The notes below the pieces were generated by a model that was not told where the DNA came from, searched no databases, and saw only the letters and a list, made by a program, of their open reading frames with translations. From Mustelus asterias (lineage: Eukaryota): a DNA stretch of 64,000 nt. The stretch's first letter is position 1. The number at the start of each line of letters is the position of its first letter. The position numbers were made by a program, and so were the translations under genes. Where the stretch lies: assembly GCF_964213995.1 (NCBI RefSeq), contig NW_027590141.1, forward strand, positions 1,178,001-1,242,000. The letters run 5' to 3'. Below are positions 37,780 through 50,500 of this stretch, in pieces.

Positions 37780-38360
37780 CTGCCGCCGCTCTGCCTCATC
37801 AATAAGACATTGGGACTCAGAGGATTGATGCAATTTGATGGACAAGTTGTCTCCATTCTGAACAATGGGAAACAAGCTCCTCCCACTCGACAACTTGCCC
37901 CCTACAAAGATGGCGGCCACGTTGCAGCCCTGTTCCACATTATCCCCGTTGCACATTGGCCCCAATAAAGATGGCGGCCGTTAACCCGGACCGATCACTC
38001 GGAGCTGGAGACCCACTCAGTGCAGCTGGAGGAACCTGGAAGCTCTTTTTCGAGGATTGCGGTTACACAACATGTTTAGGAAACATCTCCGCCCGGTAGC
38101 TGGATCCATCGCTCCCTCCCATCCACTATTTTGTCCTAGATATTGTGGATCATAACAATCACCTCGCCAACCGCCATTAACCACACTGCGCATGCTTCAC
38201 TCCCAGCCCGGCCCCGCCCCTCATTCACTCCCGGCCCCGCCCCTCATTCACTCCCATTGCTTGGAGGACCAGCCGCTCCCGCGCGGTCTTCCAGCCCCGC
38301 CCCGCCCCTCTCTCTCTATTGGTCCGAAGCTGCCGTCAATCAGCCAGACATTGTGACGAT
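37780..38360. promoter_or_regulatory. Promoter P3 (paralog of P2), probable promoter of ZNF-E
   Basis: 37790-37860 matches 20074-20143; two aagatggcggcc YY1 sites at about 37907 and 37968; core at 38183-38357. Confidence 0.75.
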
Positions 38361-38410
38361 TTCAGATGGTGAGAGTGGCCACAGACTCAGGCTGACTTGC
38401 TGATTATTGT

Positions 38411-38812
38411 TAAGAAGTCTCACAACACCAGGTTAAAGTCCAACAGGTTTATTTGGTAGCAAAAGCCACAAGCTTTCGGAACAGGCTGTTCCTTCATCAG
38501 GTGGGTGGGAGTTCTGATCACAAACAGGGCACAAAGACACAAACTCAATTTACATGAATAATAATTGGAATGCGAGTCTTTACAACTAATCAAGCCTGTA
38601 AGGTACAGACAATGTGAGTGGAGGGAGCATTAAGCACAGGTTAAAGAGATGTGTATTGTCTCCAGACAGGACAGCCAGTGAGATTTTGCACATCCAGGCA
38701 AGTTGTGGGGGTTACAGATAGTGTGACATGAACCCAATATCCTGGTTGAGGCCATCCTCATGTGTGCGGAACCTGGCTATCAGTCTCTGCTCAGCGACTC
38801 TGCACTGCCGTG
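38411..38812 (-). mobile_element. Penelope-like element 3' end including the C-terminus of the ORF
   Basis: Minus strand 38811 to 38712 encodes RQCRVAEQRLIARFRTHEDGLNQDIGFMSHYL*, which resembles the end of PLE GIY-YIG endonuclease domains; UTR matches 10546-10835. Confidence 0.85.
38466..38504 (-). ncRNA. Minimal type I hammerhead ribozyme motif, intact core
   Basis: ccac CUGAUGA a ggaacag c cuguucc GAAA gc UU gugg. Confidence 0.78.
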
Positions 38813-39395
38813 AACCTCCACTCCACAAACAAGCCATCCAGCCAACTGAGCTAACTCTTGTCAACATATAATAATCCCTGAAATATTAGCTATTGCCTAT
38901 CTCCCATTATACCTTTTGATGCAGTTTCCCAATCCATCTCAGATACAGGATCTCATATTTTAGTTCTCTTCTGTGAGAAACACCCAGATAAATTAAACAA
39001 AAGAACCATATAAGTACCACAGCCCATCTCCATGGAAATGTCACATACTTCAGTGGGGTTCCAAACAGAATTACGAATGAAATATCTTTGAACTGACAAA
39101 CGTGCTTCACTCTTGTGATCCTTGTGAAATTTGAAGACAAGAAATGTGCTCTTCCAGGCTCAAAGAGCATCAGCCCACTGGAGGCTGAGACCGGCCAGTC
39201 CAGCATCAAGAAACCCTCTGACTCTCCCCGTTGACCAACTGAGAGAATAAACAAAATGCAGTCCTGGACATAAGTGAGAGCAGAAACAATAACAGCAGAA
39301 TCCAAACCCTGGAATCACTTGTGAACTCGCTGGTGTCTCAGCAGATGGAATGAGTAAGCAATTCCATTCCCACGTTGAGAGCAGGTGAACGACCC

Positions 39396-40829
39396 CTACT
39401 CTGTGTGAACTCGCCAGTGTTTCCGCAGGGAGGATGAATCACTGAATATCTTCCCACATTGAGAGCAGGTGAACGGTTTCTCTCCAGTGTGGATTTGCTG
39501 GTGTGCCTGCAGTTTGAAAAGCCAAGAGAAGACCTTCCCACAGTGAGAGCAGGTGAATGGTCTCTCCCCAGTGTGGATTCGCTGGTGTATCTGCAGGTTG
39601 GATAACTGAGTGAATCCCTTCCCACATTGAAAGCAGGTGAATGGTCTCTCCCCAGTGTGAATGCGCTGGTGTATTTGCAGAGCGGATGAATCGCTGAATC
39701 CCTTCCCACACTGAGAGCAGGTGAATGGCCTCTCCCCAGTGTGAACCCGCTGATGTCTCAATAGATTGGCTGACATGGTGAATCCCTTCCCACACACAGA
39801 GCAGGTGAATGGTCTCTCCCCAGTGTGAACTCTCTGGTGTGTCAGCAGCTGGGATGAGAGAGGGAATCTCTTCCCACACTGGGAGCAGATAAATGGCTTC
39901 TGCCCAGTATGAACTTGCTGGTGTCTCTGCAGGGTTGATGGATCAGTGAATGCCTTCCCGCACACAGAGCAGGTGAACGGCCTCTCCCCGCTGTGAACTC
40001 GCTGGTGTCTCCACAGGTGGGATGAATCACTGAACCGCTTCCCACACTGAGAGCAGGTGAATGGCCTCTCCCCAGTGTGAACTCGCTGGTGTACCCGCAG
40101 GTGGGATGAATAACTGAATCCCTTCCCACACTGAGAGCAGGTGAACGGTTTCTCCCCAGTGTGAACTCGCCGGTGAGTCTGCAGGGAGGATGACTGAGTG
40201 AATCCCTCCCCACACTGAGAGCAGGTGAATGGTTTCTCCCCAGTGTGAACTCGCCGGTGAGTCTGCAGGTCAGATGACTGAGTGAATCCCTTCCCACACT
40301 GAGAGCAGGTGAATGGTTTTTCCCTGGTGTGAACTTGCTGGTGTATCAGCAGGGAGGATGAATCACTGAATCCCTTTCCACACTGAGAACAGGTGAACGG
40401 TTTCTCCCCGGTGTGAACTCGCTTGTGGGACTGTAGGAAGGATAGCCGAATGAATCCCTTCCCACACTCAGCGCACGTGAATGGCCTCTCCCCAGTGTGA
40501 ACTCGCTGGTGTGTCTGCAGGTGGGATGACTGAGTGAATCCCTTCCCACACTGAGAGCAGGTGAATGGTCTCTCTCCAGTGTGAACTCTCTTGTGGCACT
40601 GTAGGAAGGATAGCCGAGTGAATCCCTTCCCACACTGAGAGCAGGTGAACGGCCTCTCCCCAGTGTGAACTCGCTGGTGTGTCAGCAGGTGGGATGACTG
40701 AGTGAATCCCTTCCCACACTGAGGGCAGGTAAATGGCTTCTCCCCAGTGTGAATGCGCTGATGGATTTCCAGTTGTGACGAAAACCTGAATTCCTTCCCA
40801 CAGTCCCCACATTTCCATGGTTTCTCCAT
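39396..40829 (-). CDS. ZNF-F: 17-finger C2H2 protein; an 18th finger lies beyond a premature TAG
   Basis: ORF of 477 aa from MEKPWKC; after the TAG the frame continues [26 protein letters not shown] to about 39315. Confidence 0.9.
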   Translation of the reverse strand: MEKPWKCGDCGKEFRFSSQLEIHQRIHTGEKPFTCPQCGKGFTQSSHLLTHQRVHTGERPFTCSQCGKGFTRLSFLQCHKRVHTGERPFTCSQCGKGFTQSSHLQTHQRVHTGERPFTCAECGKGFIRLSFLQSHKRVHTGEKPFTCSQCGKGFSDSSSLLIHQQVHTREKPFTCSQCGKGFTQSSDLQTHRRVHTGEKPFTCSQCGEGFTQSSSLQTHRRVHTGEKPFTCSQCGKGFSYSSHLRVHQRVHTGERPFTCSQCGKRFSDSSHLWRHQRVHSGERPFTCSVCGKAFTDPSTLQRHQQVHTGQKPFICSQCGKRFPLSSQLLTHQRVHTGERPFTCSVCGKGFTMSANLLRHQRVHTGERPFTCSQCGKGFSDSSALQIHQRIHTGERPFTCFQCGKGFTQLSNLQIHQRIHTGERPFTCSHCGKVFSWLFKLQAHQQIHTGEKPFTCSQCGKIFSDSSSLRKHWRVHTE

Positions 40830-41374
40830 GGTGCTGGTGTCCTTGTGTCTGTCCAGGTTGGACGATCAGTTGAAGCTTCATCCACACACAGAACGCAGGT
40901 ACAGTTGCTTGTTTTTGTGAATGGTGTGATATTTCTTCAGGCTGTGTCACTGGTTAAAGCTCTTTCCACAGTCAGTTCACTGGAACACTCTCACTTAGGT
41001 GTGTGTGTGTGTGTGTCTCGGTGCTTTTCCAATCACACTGATGTTTGAAATCTTTTGAAACCGACAGACCGTGACTCTGTCAGATCGAGATGTGACATTT
41101 GAGATTTCTGTCTGTGATTCCTCCTCTTCTGATATCCTTTAAAAACAATTTACAAAAAACATCACAGTCAGAACAGACAATTCTCGCTTCTATGGGAACA
41201 TCCTTTCCTCTGTCATTAATGAAAATCTGTAAATCTCCATCCCACACATTGTCCCTCCATTCTCACGCTGCCGGATCTAACATTCAGCCACCCAACACTC
41301 CTGATGGTGCTGATTCAGGATGAATGACAGATCCATGCTCACTGCTTCCTGTCCTGGACACCGAGGTCAGAACA

Positions 41375-42322
41375 AATAGAGTTGTCCTATCCAGAGAGGC
41401 TAAATAGTCTGGGTCTGTATTCCTTGGAGTTTAGAGGAGTGAGGATGACTTTATTCAAACATATAATTTGATTGATTTGATTCATTATTGTCACACATAT
41501 TAACATACAGTGAAAAGTATTGTTTCTTGCGCACTATACAGACAAAGCATACCATTCATAGAGAAGGAAACAAGAGAGTGCAGAATGTAGTGTTACAGTC
41601 TGTAGAGAAAGGTGTAGAGAAAGAGCAACCTAATGCAAGGTAAGTCCATTCAAAAGTCTGACAGCAGCAGGGACAGAAGCTGTTCTTGAGTCGTTTGACA
41701 GGGGCGGCACGATAGCACAGTGCTTAGCACTGCTGCTTCACGGCTCCAAGGACCTGGGTTCGATTCCTAGCTTGGGTCACTGTCTGTATGGAGTTTGCAC
41801 ATTCTCCTCGTGTCTGCGTGGGTTTCCTCCAGGTGCTCCGGTTTCCTCCCACAGTCCAAAGATGTGCGGGTTAGGTTGATTGGCCATGATAAAAATTGCC
41901 CCTTAGAGTCCTGAGATGTGTATGCTAGAGGGATTAGTGGGTAAATATGTAGGGATATGGGGGTAGGGCCTGGGTGGGATTGTGGTCGGTGTAGACTCGA
42001 TGGGCCGAATGGCCTCTTTCTGTACTGTAGGGTTACTATGTTTCTATGAAGTTAAAGGGCCAGTCATTTAAAACTGAGGTGCGGTGAAATTTCTTCTCGC
42101 AGAGGGTGGTGAATCTCTGGAATTCTCTGCTCCAAAGGATGGTAGAGGCTGAATCATTAGAAATATTTAAAATGGAGGTGGATAAATATTTGATAGATTG
42201 AGGAATAGAGGGCGATGGGGAAATGGCTCACAAAAGGAGGCCGGCATTGATGAGCCAGGATTGTACTGAGTGGCAGGGTCGCTTGAAGGGCCTGGTGGCC
42301 TCTCCTGCTTCTATTTCTTGTG
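41375..42322 (+). mobile_element. CR1 3' fragment with a nested Rex1-like tail (41466-41695, minus)
   Basis: ttggagtttagagg.. resumes at about 42050; (gattt)n tail. Confidence 0.75.
41701..42048 (+). mobile_element. Full-length HE1-like V-SINE
   Basis: A box tagcacagtg, B box ggttcgattcc, V-domain, CR1-type tail gactcgatgggccgaatggcctc. Confidence 0.92.
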
Positions 42323-42323
42323 A

Positions 42324-43220
42324 TCAGTTGCTGCAAGTCCCCAATTTCCCCCAGAATGAGAAAAGAAATGGAAAGGGGGAGAAAAAAAAGTGTTTTACTC
42401 ACAGATGTTGGTCTCTTTTAAGGTCAAACCAAATAAACAAACAGGAGGAAGTTTCAGTCAGTCTGAAGCGCAATCTTCTTTCACACAAAGCCCGTCCTGT
42501 GATTGGCTGGAGGACCAGAGTCCTTCCGGTCCTCCAATTCTTCCCATTGGTCAACACCTCAGCGTGAAGGTCAGGGGGCGGGCTCTCCCCTGCACATGCG
42601 CAGTTTCCCCTCTCCCTCAGTGCCGGGTGCCTGGAAACCTTGGCTCGTGGAGGTGCCGGGGGAGGGGGCACAACGGGTGGGGGCGGGGCTCCCATGTCCG
42701 CGCGTCCGGGCCTGCGCACTGGGATCCATCCAAGGATGTTGGCGCGGAGCAGAGTGATTGCTGTTGGCTGATTGAGGCAGGGCTCCATTGTGCCGTCACA
42801 ATGACTCAGAGGGGCGTTCCCAGCACACAGTGTCCCATTGGCAGCAATATCACTGGTTACAGAAGCAGCACACTGCGGATTGGGCACCAGCTCAGCGCGG
42901 CTGGCAGTCAAAGCCCCGCCCACCCCCACGTGGGCTCGTTTCCGCCCCCTTATTGTCTACATGCGGCAGATTGACCAATGGCAATGCGTGGAGGACCGGA
43001 TCAGCCCTGGTCCTCCAGCCAGTCAGAGTCCGGGCCTTGTGTCAATGGCTGCACGAATGTTCCTCCATTGTTTGTCCAACAAATTGCTGCTCATCCTCCT
43101 CCTCTCTCTGAACAAAGATTGAGCTTCAGATAGATTCAAACTTCCTCCTGTGGCCAACATCTGTGAGTAAAACACCTTATTTTTTCATTCTGGGAAAAAT
43201 TGGGGACTTGCAGCAACTGA
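42324..43220. promoter_or_regulatory. Promoter P4: mirror-image (inverted-duplicated) promoter and first exons for ZNF-F (-) and ZNF-G (+)
   Basis: ccaacatctGTGAGTaaaaca at 43153-43173 is the reverse complement of 42391-42411; 42324-42359 mirrors 43185-43220; mirrored GGAGGACC modules and CCAAT boxes. Confidence 0.82.
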
Positions 43221-43271
43221 AGGGAAAGGAAATGAATCCAGTCTGTACATTTCACACATTTTTAGTCCAGT

Positions 43272-43410
43272 GATTTGATTTATTATTGTCACGTGTATTA
43301 ACGTACAGTGAAAACTATTGTTTCTTGCGCACTATGCAGACAAAGCATACTGTACGGAGGGAAGGAAAGGAGAGAGTGCAGAATGTAGTGTTACAGTCAC
43401 AACTAGGGTG
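43272..43410 (-). mobile_element. Rex1-like 3' tail
   Basis: gatttgatttattattgtcac..gagagtgcagaatgtagtgttacagtc. Confidence 0.75.
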
Positions 43411-44124
43411 CAGAGAGAATCGAGTTTTCAAAGCATAGAACAAGTGTAAAAGATAAAATTAGAAGGTATCCTTGGCACAGTCTGCAAGAAGTCACCTTGC
43501 TCCGGTGCCATCTTGAGTATATCTGTCTGGCCGCCTGCATGGAGATTTTCAACTGTGTCCAGGACAGGAAGCAGTGAACATGGATCTGTCGATCAGCCTC
43601 AATCAGCACCTTCAGGAGAATTGGGAGGGTGAATATTAGATACAGCAGAGTGAGAGTGGAGGGAGAGTGAATATTAGATACAGCAGAGTGAGAATGGAGG
43701 GAGAGTGTGTGTGGGATGGAGATTTACAGCTTTTGGGGAATGAGAGAGGAAAATAGGATTGTTAGTTCTGAATTTCTATCCTGTACTGACCGTAATGGCA
43801 TTTGTAAACTACATTTACAGGATATTGTGACAGGAGCATTAACAGACAGAAATCTCAGACGTGACGTTCTAGATTTGACAGAGTCACTCGATTCCTTGGG
43901 ACCTGAATATCATCAGTCTTTGAATCTAGAAGGAGGAATGTTTGCCTAGTCTCACCCAAGTGAGAGTGTTCCAGTGCACTAACTGTGGAAAGAATATCAA
44001 CCAGTTACAGAGGCTGAAAAACCATCACACCATTCATAGCGGGGACAGACTGTACATGTGTTTGTTGTGTCGATGAGGCTTCAACTGTTAAACTGACCTG
44101 GATTGATACAGCGGGACCTAAAAC

Positions 44125-44631
44125 ATGAAGAAACCGTGGAAATGTGGGGACTGTGAGAAGACATTCAAAGCTCCATCAGAGCTGGAAAACCATTGGCGCA
44201 TTCACACTGGAGAGAGGCCATTCATCTGCTCTCAGTGTGGGAAGGGATTCACTCTTTTATGCAACCTGTTAAGACACAAGCGAGTTCACACCGGAGAGAA
44301 GCCATTCACCTGCTCTCATTGTGGGAAAGGATTCAGTGATTCTTCTGGCATGCAGACCCACCAGCGAGTTCACACTGGGGAGAGACCATTCATCTGCTCT
44401 GACTGTGGGAAGGGATTCACTCTGTCATCCCACCTGTTGAGACACCAGCGTGTTCACACCAGTGAGTGGCCCTTCTCCTGCTCTCAGTGTGGGAAGGGAT
44501 TTAATGATTCATCCAACCTGGAGAGACACCAGCGAGTTCACACTGGGGAGAGGCCATTCACCTGCTCTCAGTGTGGGAAGGGATTCACTCTTTTATCCAT
44601 CCTGTTGAGACACAAGCAAGTTCACAAGTGA
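44125..44631 (+). CDS. ZNF-G: 6-finger C2H2 protein
   Basis: Intact ORF MKKPWKC..HKQVHK*; acceptor tttacag ends at 43820. Confidence 0.85.
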   Translation: MKKPWKCGDCEKTFKAPSELENHWRIHTGERPFICSQCGKGFTLLCNLLRHKRVHTGEKPFTCSHCGKGFSDSSGMQTHQRVHTGERPFICSDCGKGFTLSSHLLRHQRVHTSEWPFSCSQCGKGFNDSSNLERHQRVHTGERPFTCSQCGKGFTLLSILLRHKQVHK

Positions 44632-45011
44632 TTACAGGTGCTGGAATCTGATATTGTTTCTACTCTCAATTATCTCCAGGACTGCTTATTGTTCATTCTC
44701 AATGGGGAGGATTATTTGATGTTGGACTGGCTGATCTCACGACTTTGCCTCCAGTGGGCTGATGCTCTTTGAGTCTTGTTGCAAATACCTGCTTTCAGAT
44801 TTTACAAGGATCACAGAATGAAAGGGTGTTAGGAAGTGAAGAGATATTTAGTTCTTATTTCTGTTTGGAACCCCCAAAGCATGCCACATTGCCATGGAAA
44901 TGGGCTGTGGTTGTTACATGGTTCTTTTGTTGAATTTACCCGAGGTGTTTCTCTCAGAAGCGAATTTAGAGCAGGGGTAGGCCACTTGGCCCCTTGACCT
45001 TGCTCCACCAA

Positions 45012-47505
45012 GACTGAGGGTCTTGAGCAAATTGACATAGAGAAGGACAAGGCCTTTTAAAATGGATAAATCTCCAGGTTCAGACGAATTGTACCCTAGG
45101 CTGCAGTGGGAGTCAAGGGAGGAGATTGCAGGGACTCGGACCCAAATTTTCAATTCCTCTCTGGCGACGGGACAGGTGCCAGACGACTGGAGAACAGCTA
45201 ATGTGGTTCCGCTATTTAAGGAGAATTGTAGAAACAAACCAGGCAACTACAGACCAGTGAGTCACACGTCAGTGATAGGGAAGCTATTGAAGAAACCTCT
45301 GAAGGAAAGTATCTATCTCCACTTGGAGAGGGAAAGCTTGATTAGGAATAGTCAGCATGGCTTCGTCAGAGGGAGGTCATGCCTAACAAATTTGATTGAA
45401 TTTTTTGAGGAGGTGACCAGGTGTGTTGACGAGGTATGGAAGGGGATTCCTCATCAACTCATAAGATTTAGAGGCAGAATGCAGTCTTTAAGAGGACAGG
45501 AAATCAGTAAAGAGTTAAATGATTATTGGGCAAGCTAAAACAAACAGTTTACCAACATATGTAAATGCAGAAAGTGAATCAAAACAAGTAATTATTATTT
45601 AAAACATATACGCTGATATTTTAAATGTATTTTAATGTAGTGTACACTTTGGTCAAGCAAAGGTACCGAAAGGCATGGTGGTAAACGACATTAATTTAAT
45701 GTCAAAGGTCTGGGAACTGGTTAATCAGCAATTGTCTTATCAGTGGGATTCCGATGAGGGTACGTATTCTGCAACATTTATGAATAGATGTATTCACTGC
45801 CCAGACACAAGGATAGACACGCCCCTGGATGCAGGATCACATGTCTATTCAACTTGGCAGTGAGCTGGAGGGAATGTCCATTTTGACCTTGAGGTAGCGT
45901 CTGCTGTTACCAGGCAACAGAGATGTAGTTAGAGCCAAAAAGGGAAAGACGTCCGGATTTGAAGGATGAATAGATTATCACCATGATATCAAGTATCATA
46001 TGGTTGGCTGAGGTACTTGACAGAGATTTGTATTGATGTATGACTGGCAAATGAAATTGATTTTAAGCTAATGAATTCATTATGAAAAAGTATAATTGAT
46101 CTTTATTTGATTCTGTACTTCAGATCTTTCAGAGTGGTTCGATGGCTCTATGCCTCAGAGCTATTTAAACCTTTTGGAAGTCTCCGGTCAGCTGTACTTT
46201 TGTTTTCGTTTGTTTTATGTTCAATAAATTTTGTTACGTCTTTGCGAGTTTTGAATTGTCTAAGTTAAGTCACAATTGGCCTTCTTGAAATTTCCCCACA
46301 ACAGGAGGGTAGTGCAGTCGATGTAGTTTGTATGGATTTCAGCAAAGCCTTTGACAAGGTTCCACATGGGAGACTTGTAAAGAAGGTATATTCACATGGG
46401 ATACAGGGTAATTTGATAAAGTGGATTCAAAATTGGCTCAGTTGTAGGAGACAGAGGGTGATGACTGATGGCTGCTTTAGTGACTGGAAGTAGGTGTCCT
46501 TTGGCATACCACAGGGATCTGTGTTGGGTCCACTATTATTCATCATTCATATAAATTACATAGTTATCAATGTAGGGAGTAGGATTAGTAAGTTTGCGGA
46601 TGATGCAAAGATTGGCCAGGTAGTTAACAGTGAGGTTGAGTGTCTTGGGCTACAAGATGATATAGACAAGATGGTCAAATGGGCAGATAAGTGGCAGATG
46701 GAATTTAACCCTGACAAGTGTGAGGTGATACACTTTTTTGAAGGAGTAATTTGACAAGAAAGTATTCAATGAATGGTAGGGCACCAGGAAGTTCTGTGGA
46801 ACAAAGGGACCTTGGTGTGTTTGTCCACAGATCTCTGAAAGTGGAAGGGCATGTTAGTAGGGTGGTGAAAAAGGCATATGGGACACTTACCTTTATCAAT
46901 CGAGGCATAGATTACAAAAGCAGGAAAATCATGTTGGTGTTGTACAGAACTTTGATGAGGCCCCAGCTGGAGTACTGTGTGCAGTTCTGGACACCACATT
47001 ATCAGCAGGATGTGATTGCACTGGACGGGGTGCAGAGGAAATTCACCAGGATGCTGCTTGGGGTGGAACATTTAAGTTATGAAAAGAGGTTGGATTGGCT
47101 TGGGTTGTTTCCGTTAGAGCAGAGAAGACTGAGGGGTGACCTGATCAAGGTGGACAAGATTATGAGGGACATGGACAGAGTGGATGAGGAGCAGCTGTTC
47201 CCCTAAGTTCAAGGGTCAGTCACAAAGGGACACAGGTTCAAGGTGAGGCGCTGGAGGTTTAGGGGGGATGTGAGGAAAACCATTTTTGCCCAGAGGGTGG
47301 TGATGGTCTGGAATACGGTGCCGGGGAGGGAGGTAAAGGCAGGTTGCCTCACACCCTTTATCTGGATGAGCACTTGGCACATTATAACATTCAGGGCTAT
47401 GGGCCAAGTGCAGGCAGATGGGATTAGATGGGAGTTCATGTGTTTCTAATGTGTCGGAGTGGACTGGATGGGCTGAGGGACCGCTTCTGCACTTTATGGT
47501 TCTAT
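45012..47505 (+). mobile_element. CR1 LINE interrupted by a solo LTR-like insert
   Basis: ORF 45062 onward reads ..EVTRCVDE and resumes GSAVDVVCMDFSKAFDKVPH after 46304. Confidence 0.92.
45435..46303 (+). mobile_element. Probable solo LTR (869 bp)
   Basis: Clean insertion in CR1 RT with flanks cgagg and ggagg; ends TA..AACA; tatttaaa at about 46162 followed by aataaa at about 46223. Confidence 0.65.
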
Positions 47506-50500
47506 GAAATTAGGAGCAGGCGTAGGCCATTTGGCCCTTCGAGCCTCCTCCACCATTCCATATGATCATGGCTGCTCCTCTATCTCAACACCATGCTCCG
47601 TGCCCTCTCCATACACCTCGACACTTTTAGAGTCTAGAAATCTATCTATTTCCTCCTTAAATATATTTGGTGACTTGGCCTCCACAGCTTTCTGTGGTAG
47701 AGAATTCCACAGGTTCACCACCCTCTGAGTGAAGAGGTTTCTTCTTGTCTCATTCCTAAATGGTCCACCCTGTATTAAGAACAACAAAGAACAATACAGC
47801 ACAGGAACAGGCCCTTCGGCCCTCCAAGCCCGCGCCGCTCCCCGGTCCAGGATTGAATCCTGAATCCAGGATCCCCGCCCAATTTTCCAGCCTATCTACA
47901 TCCTAATATCCTATCCACCGAGCTGTCCCTCACAGCTACGATGCTTTGTTCATCACAACCTATTAACTCACCCCCACCCCCCCATTCCAGACCATGTGAT
48001 CTCCAGGGAGAGGCGAAAACCCAGAGTGAAAACCCCAGGGCCAATATGGGGAAAAAAAAATCTGGGAAATTCCTCTCCGACCCCCTGAGGCGATCGAAAC
48101 GAGTCCAGGAGATCACACTGGCCATGAACAGAAAATGCTCCCCAACCCTATTCTGAGACTGTGATCCCTTGTTCCAGACACCCCCAGCCAGAGGAAACGA
48201 CATCCCTGCATCCAGTCTGTCCGGCCTGTCAGAATTTTATCCATTTCACTGAAATCCTGTCTCATTCTTCTGAATTCCAGTGAATACAGGCCCAGTCAAC
48301 CCAATCTCTCCACATACGACAATCCTGCCAGCACAGGAATCATATCTGATGAACCTTTGCTGCATTCGTCTGTGGCAAATATATCATTTCTTAGGTAAGG
48401 AGACCAAACCTCCAGGTGTGGTCTCACCAAGGCCCTGTACAGCTACATCCTTGCTCCTGTACTCATGTCCTCTTGCAATGAAGGCCAACAAACCATCTCC
48501 CTTCCTAACTGCTTCTTGTTTTTGCATGCTTGCTTTCAGTGGCACCCAGGTCCCTTTGTCCATCAACATTTCCCAATCTATCACCTTTTAAATTATACTC
48601 TGCTCTCCTGTTTCTCCGTCCAAAATGGATAACGTCACATTTATCCATATAAAAACAAACAGAGGATAACAAAGAGAGAAATAAGGAAGGAGAGGATCAA
48701 ATATGAAGGTAGGCTAGCCAGTAACATTAGGAATGATAGTAAAAGTTTCTTTAAATACATTAAAAACAAACGGGAGGCAAAAGTTGACATTGGGCCGCTC
48801 CAAAATGACGCTGGTAATCTAGTGATGGGAGACAAGGAAATAGCTGAGGAACTTAATAAGTACTTTGCGTCAGTCTTCACAGTAGAAGACATGAGTAATA
48901 TCCCAACAATTCAGGAAAGTCAGGGGGCAGAGTTGAATATGGTTGCCATCACAAAGGAGAAAGTGCTAGAGAAACTAAAAGGTCTGAAAATTGATAAATC
49001 TCCGGGCCCAGATGGGCTACATCCTAGAGTTCTAAAGGAGATAGCTGAAGAAATAGTGGAGGCGTTAGTTATGATCTTTCAAAAGTCACTGGAGTCAGGG
49101 AAAGTCCCAGAGGATTGGAAAATCGCTGTTGTAACCCCACTGTTCAAGAAGGGAACAAGAAAAAAGATGGAAAATTATAGGCCAATTAGCCTAACCTCAG
49201 TTGTTGGCAAAATTCTAGAATCCTTCGTTAAGGATGAGATTTCTAAATTCTTGGAAGTGCAGGGTCGGATTAGGACAAGTCAGCATGGATTTAGTAAGGG
49301 GAGGTCGTGCCTGACAAACCTGTTAGAGTTCTTTGAAGAGATAACAAATAGGTTAGACCAAGGAGAGCCAATGGATGTTATCTATCTTGACTTCCAAAAG
49401 GCCTTTGACAAGGTGCCTCACGGGAGACTGCTGAGTAAAATAAGGGCCCATGGTATTCGAGGCAAGGTACTAACATGGATTGACGATTGGCTGTCAGACA
49501 GAAGGCAGAGAGTTGGGATAAAAGGTTCTTTCTCAGAATGGCAACCGGTGACAAGTGGTGTCCCGCAGGGTTCAGTGTTGGGGCCACAGCTGTTCTCTTT
49601 ATATATTAACGATCTAGATGACGGGACTGGGGGCATTCTGGCCAAGTTTGCCGATGATACAAAGATAGGTGGAGGGGCAGGTAGTATTGAGGAGGTGGGG
49701 AGGCTGCAGAAAGATTTAGACAGTTTAGGAGAGTGGTCCAAGAAGTGGCTGATGAAATTCAACGTGGGCAAGTGCGAGGTCTTGCACTTTGGAAAAAAGA
49801 ATAGAGGCATGGACTATTTTCTAAACGGTGACAAAATTCATAATGCTAAAGTGCAAAGGGACTTGGGAGTCCTAGTCCAGGATTCTCTAAAGGTAAACTT
49901 GCAAGTTGAGTCCGTAATTAAGAAAGCAAATGTAATGTTGTCATTTATCTCAAGAGGCTTGGAATACAAAAGCAGGGATGTACTTCTGAGGCTTTATAAA
50001 GCACTGGTTAGGCCCCATTTGGAGTACTGTGAGCAATTTTGGGCCCCACACCTCAGGAAGGACATACTGGCACTGGAGCGGGTCCAGCGGAGATTCACAC
50101 GGATGATCCCAGGAATGGTAGGCCTGACATACGATGAACGTCTGAGGATCGTGGGATTATATTCATTGGAGTTTAGGAGGTTGAGGGGAGATCTAATAGA
50201 AACTTACAAGATAATGAACGGCTTAGATAGGATGGACGTAGGGAAGTTGTTTCCATTAGCAGGGGAGACTAGGACGCGGGGGCACAGCCTTAGAATAAAA
50301 GGGAGTCACTTTAGAACAGAGATGAGGAGAAATTTCTTCAGCCAGAGAGTGGTAGGTCTGTGGAATTCATTGCCACAGAGGGCTGTGGAGGCCGAGACGT
50401 TGAGCGTCTTCAAGACAGAAATTGATAAATTCTTGATTTCTCAAGGAATTAAGGGCTATGGGGAGAGAGCGGGTAAATGGAGTTGAAATCAACCATGATT

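Noticed and set aside
41701-41775. tRNA-like A and B boxes here and at other SINE heads
   Set aside because: SINE promoters followed by a V-domain and LINE tail, not tRNA genes
42390-43122. ORFs of 100-190 aa over the GC-rich promoters (also 10041-10571 and 20323-20764)
   Set aside because: Stop-poor GC-rich DNA; frames are not preserved between paralogous promoters
43629-43704. 38-bp tandem duplication (and a 23-bp GC-box duplication at about 38208-38253)
   Set aside because: Private slippage events with no evidence of function
48822-50486. 554-aa reverse transcriptase ORF as a domesticated host gene
   Set aside because: Typical 5'-truncated CR1 with tail, nested in another TE and lacking its own promoter
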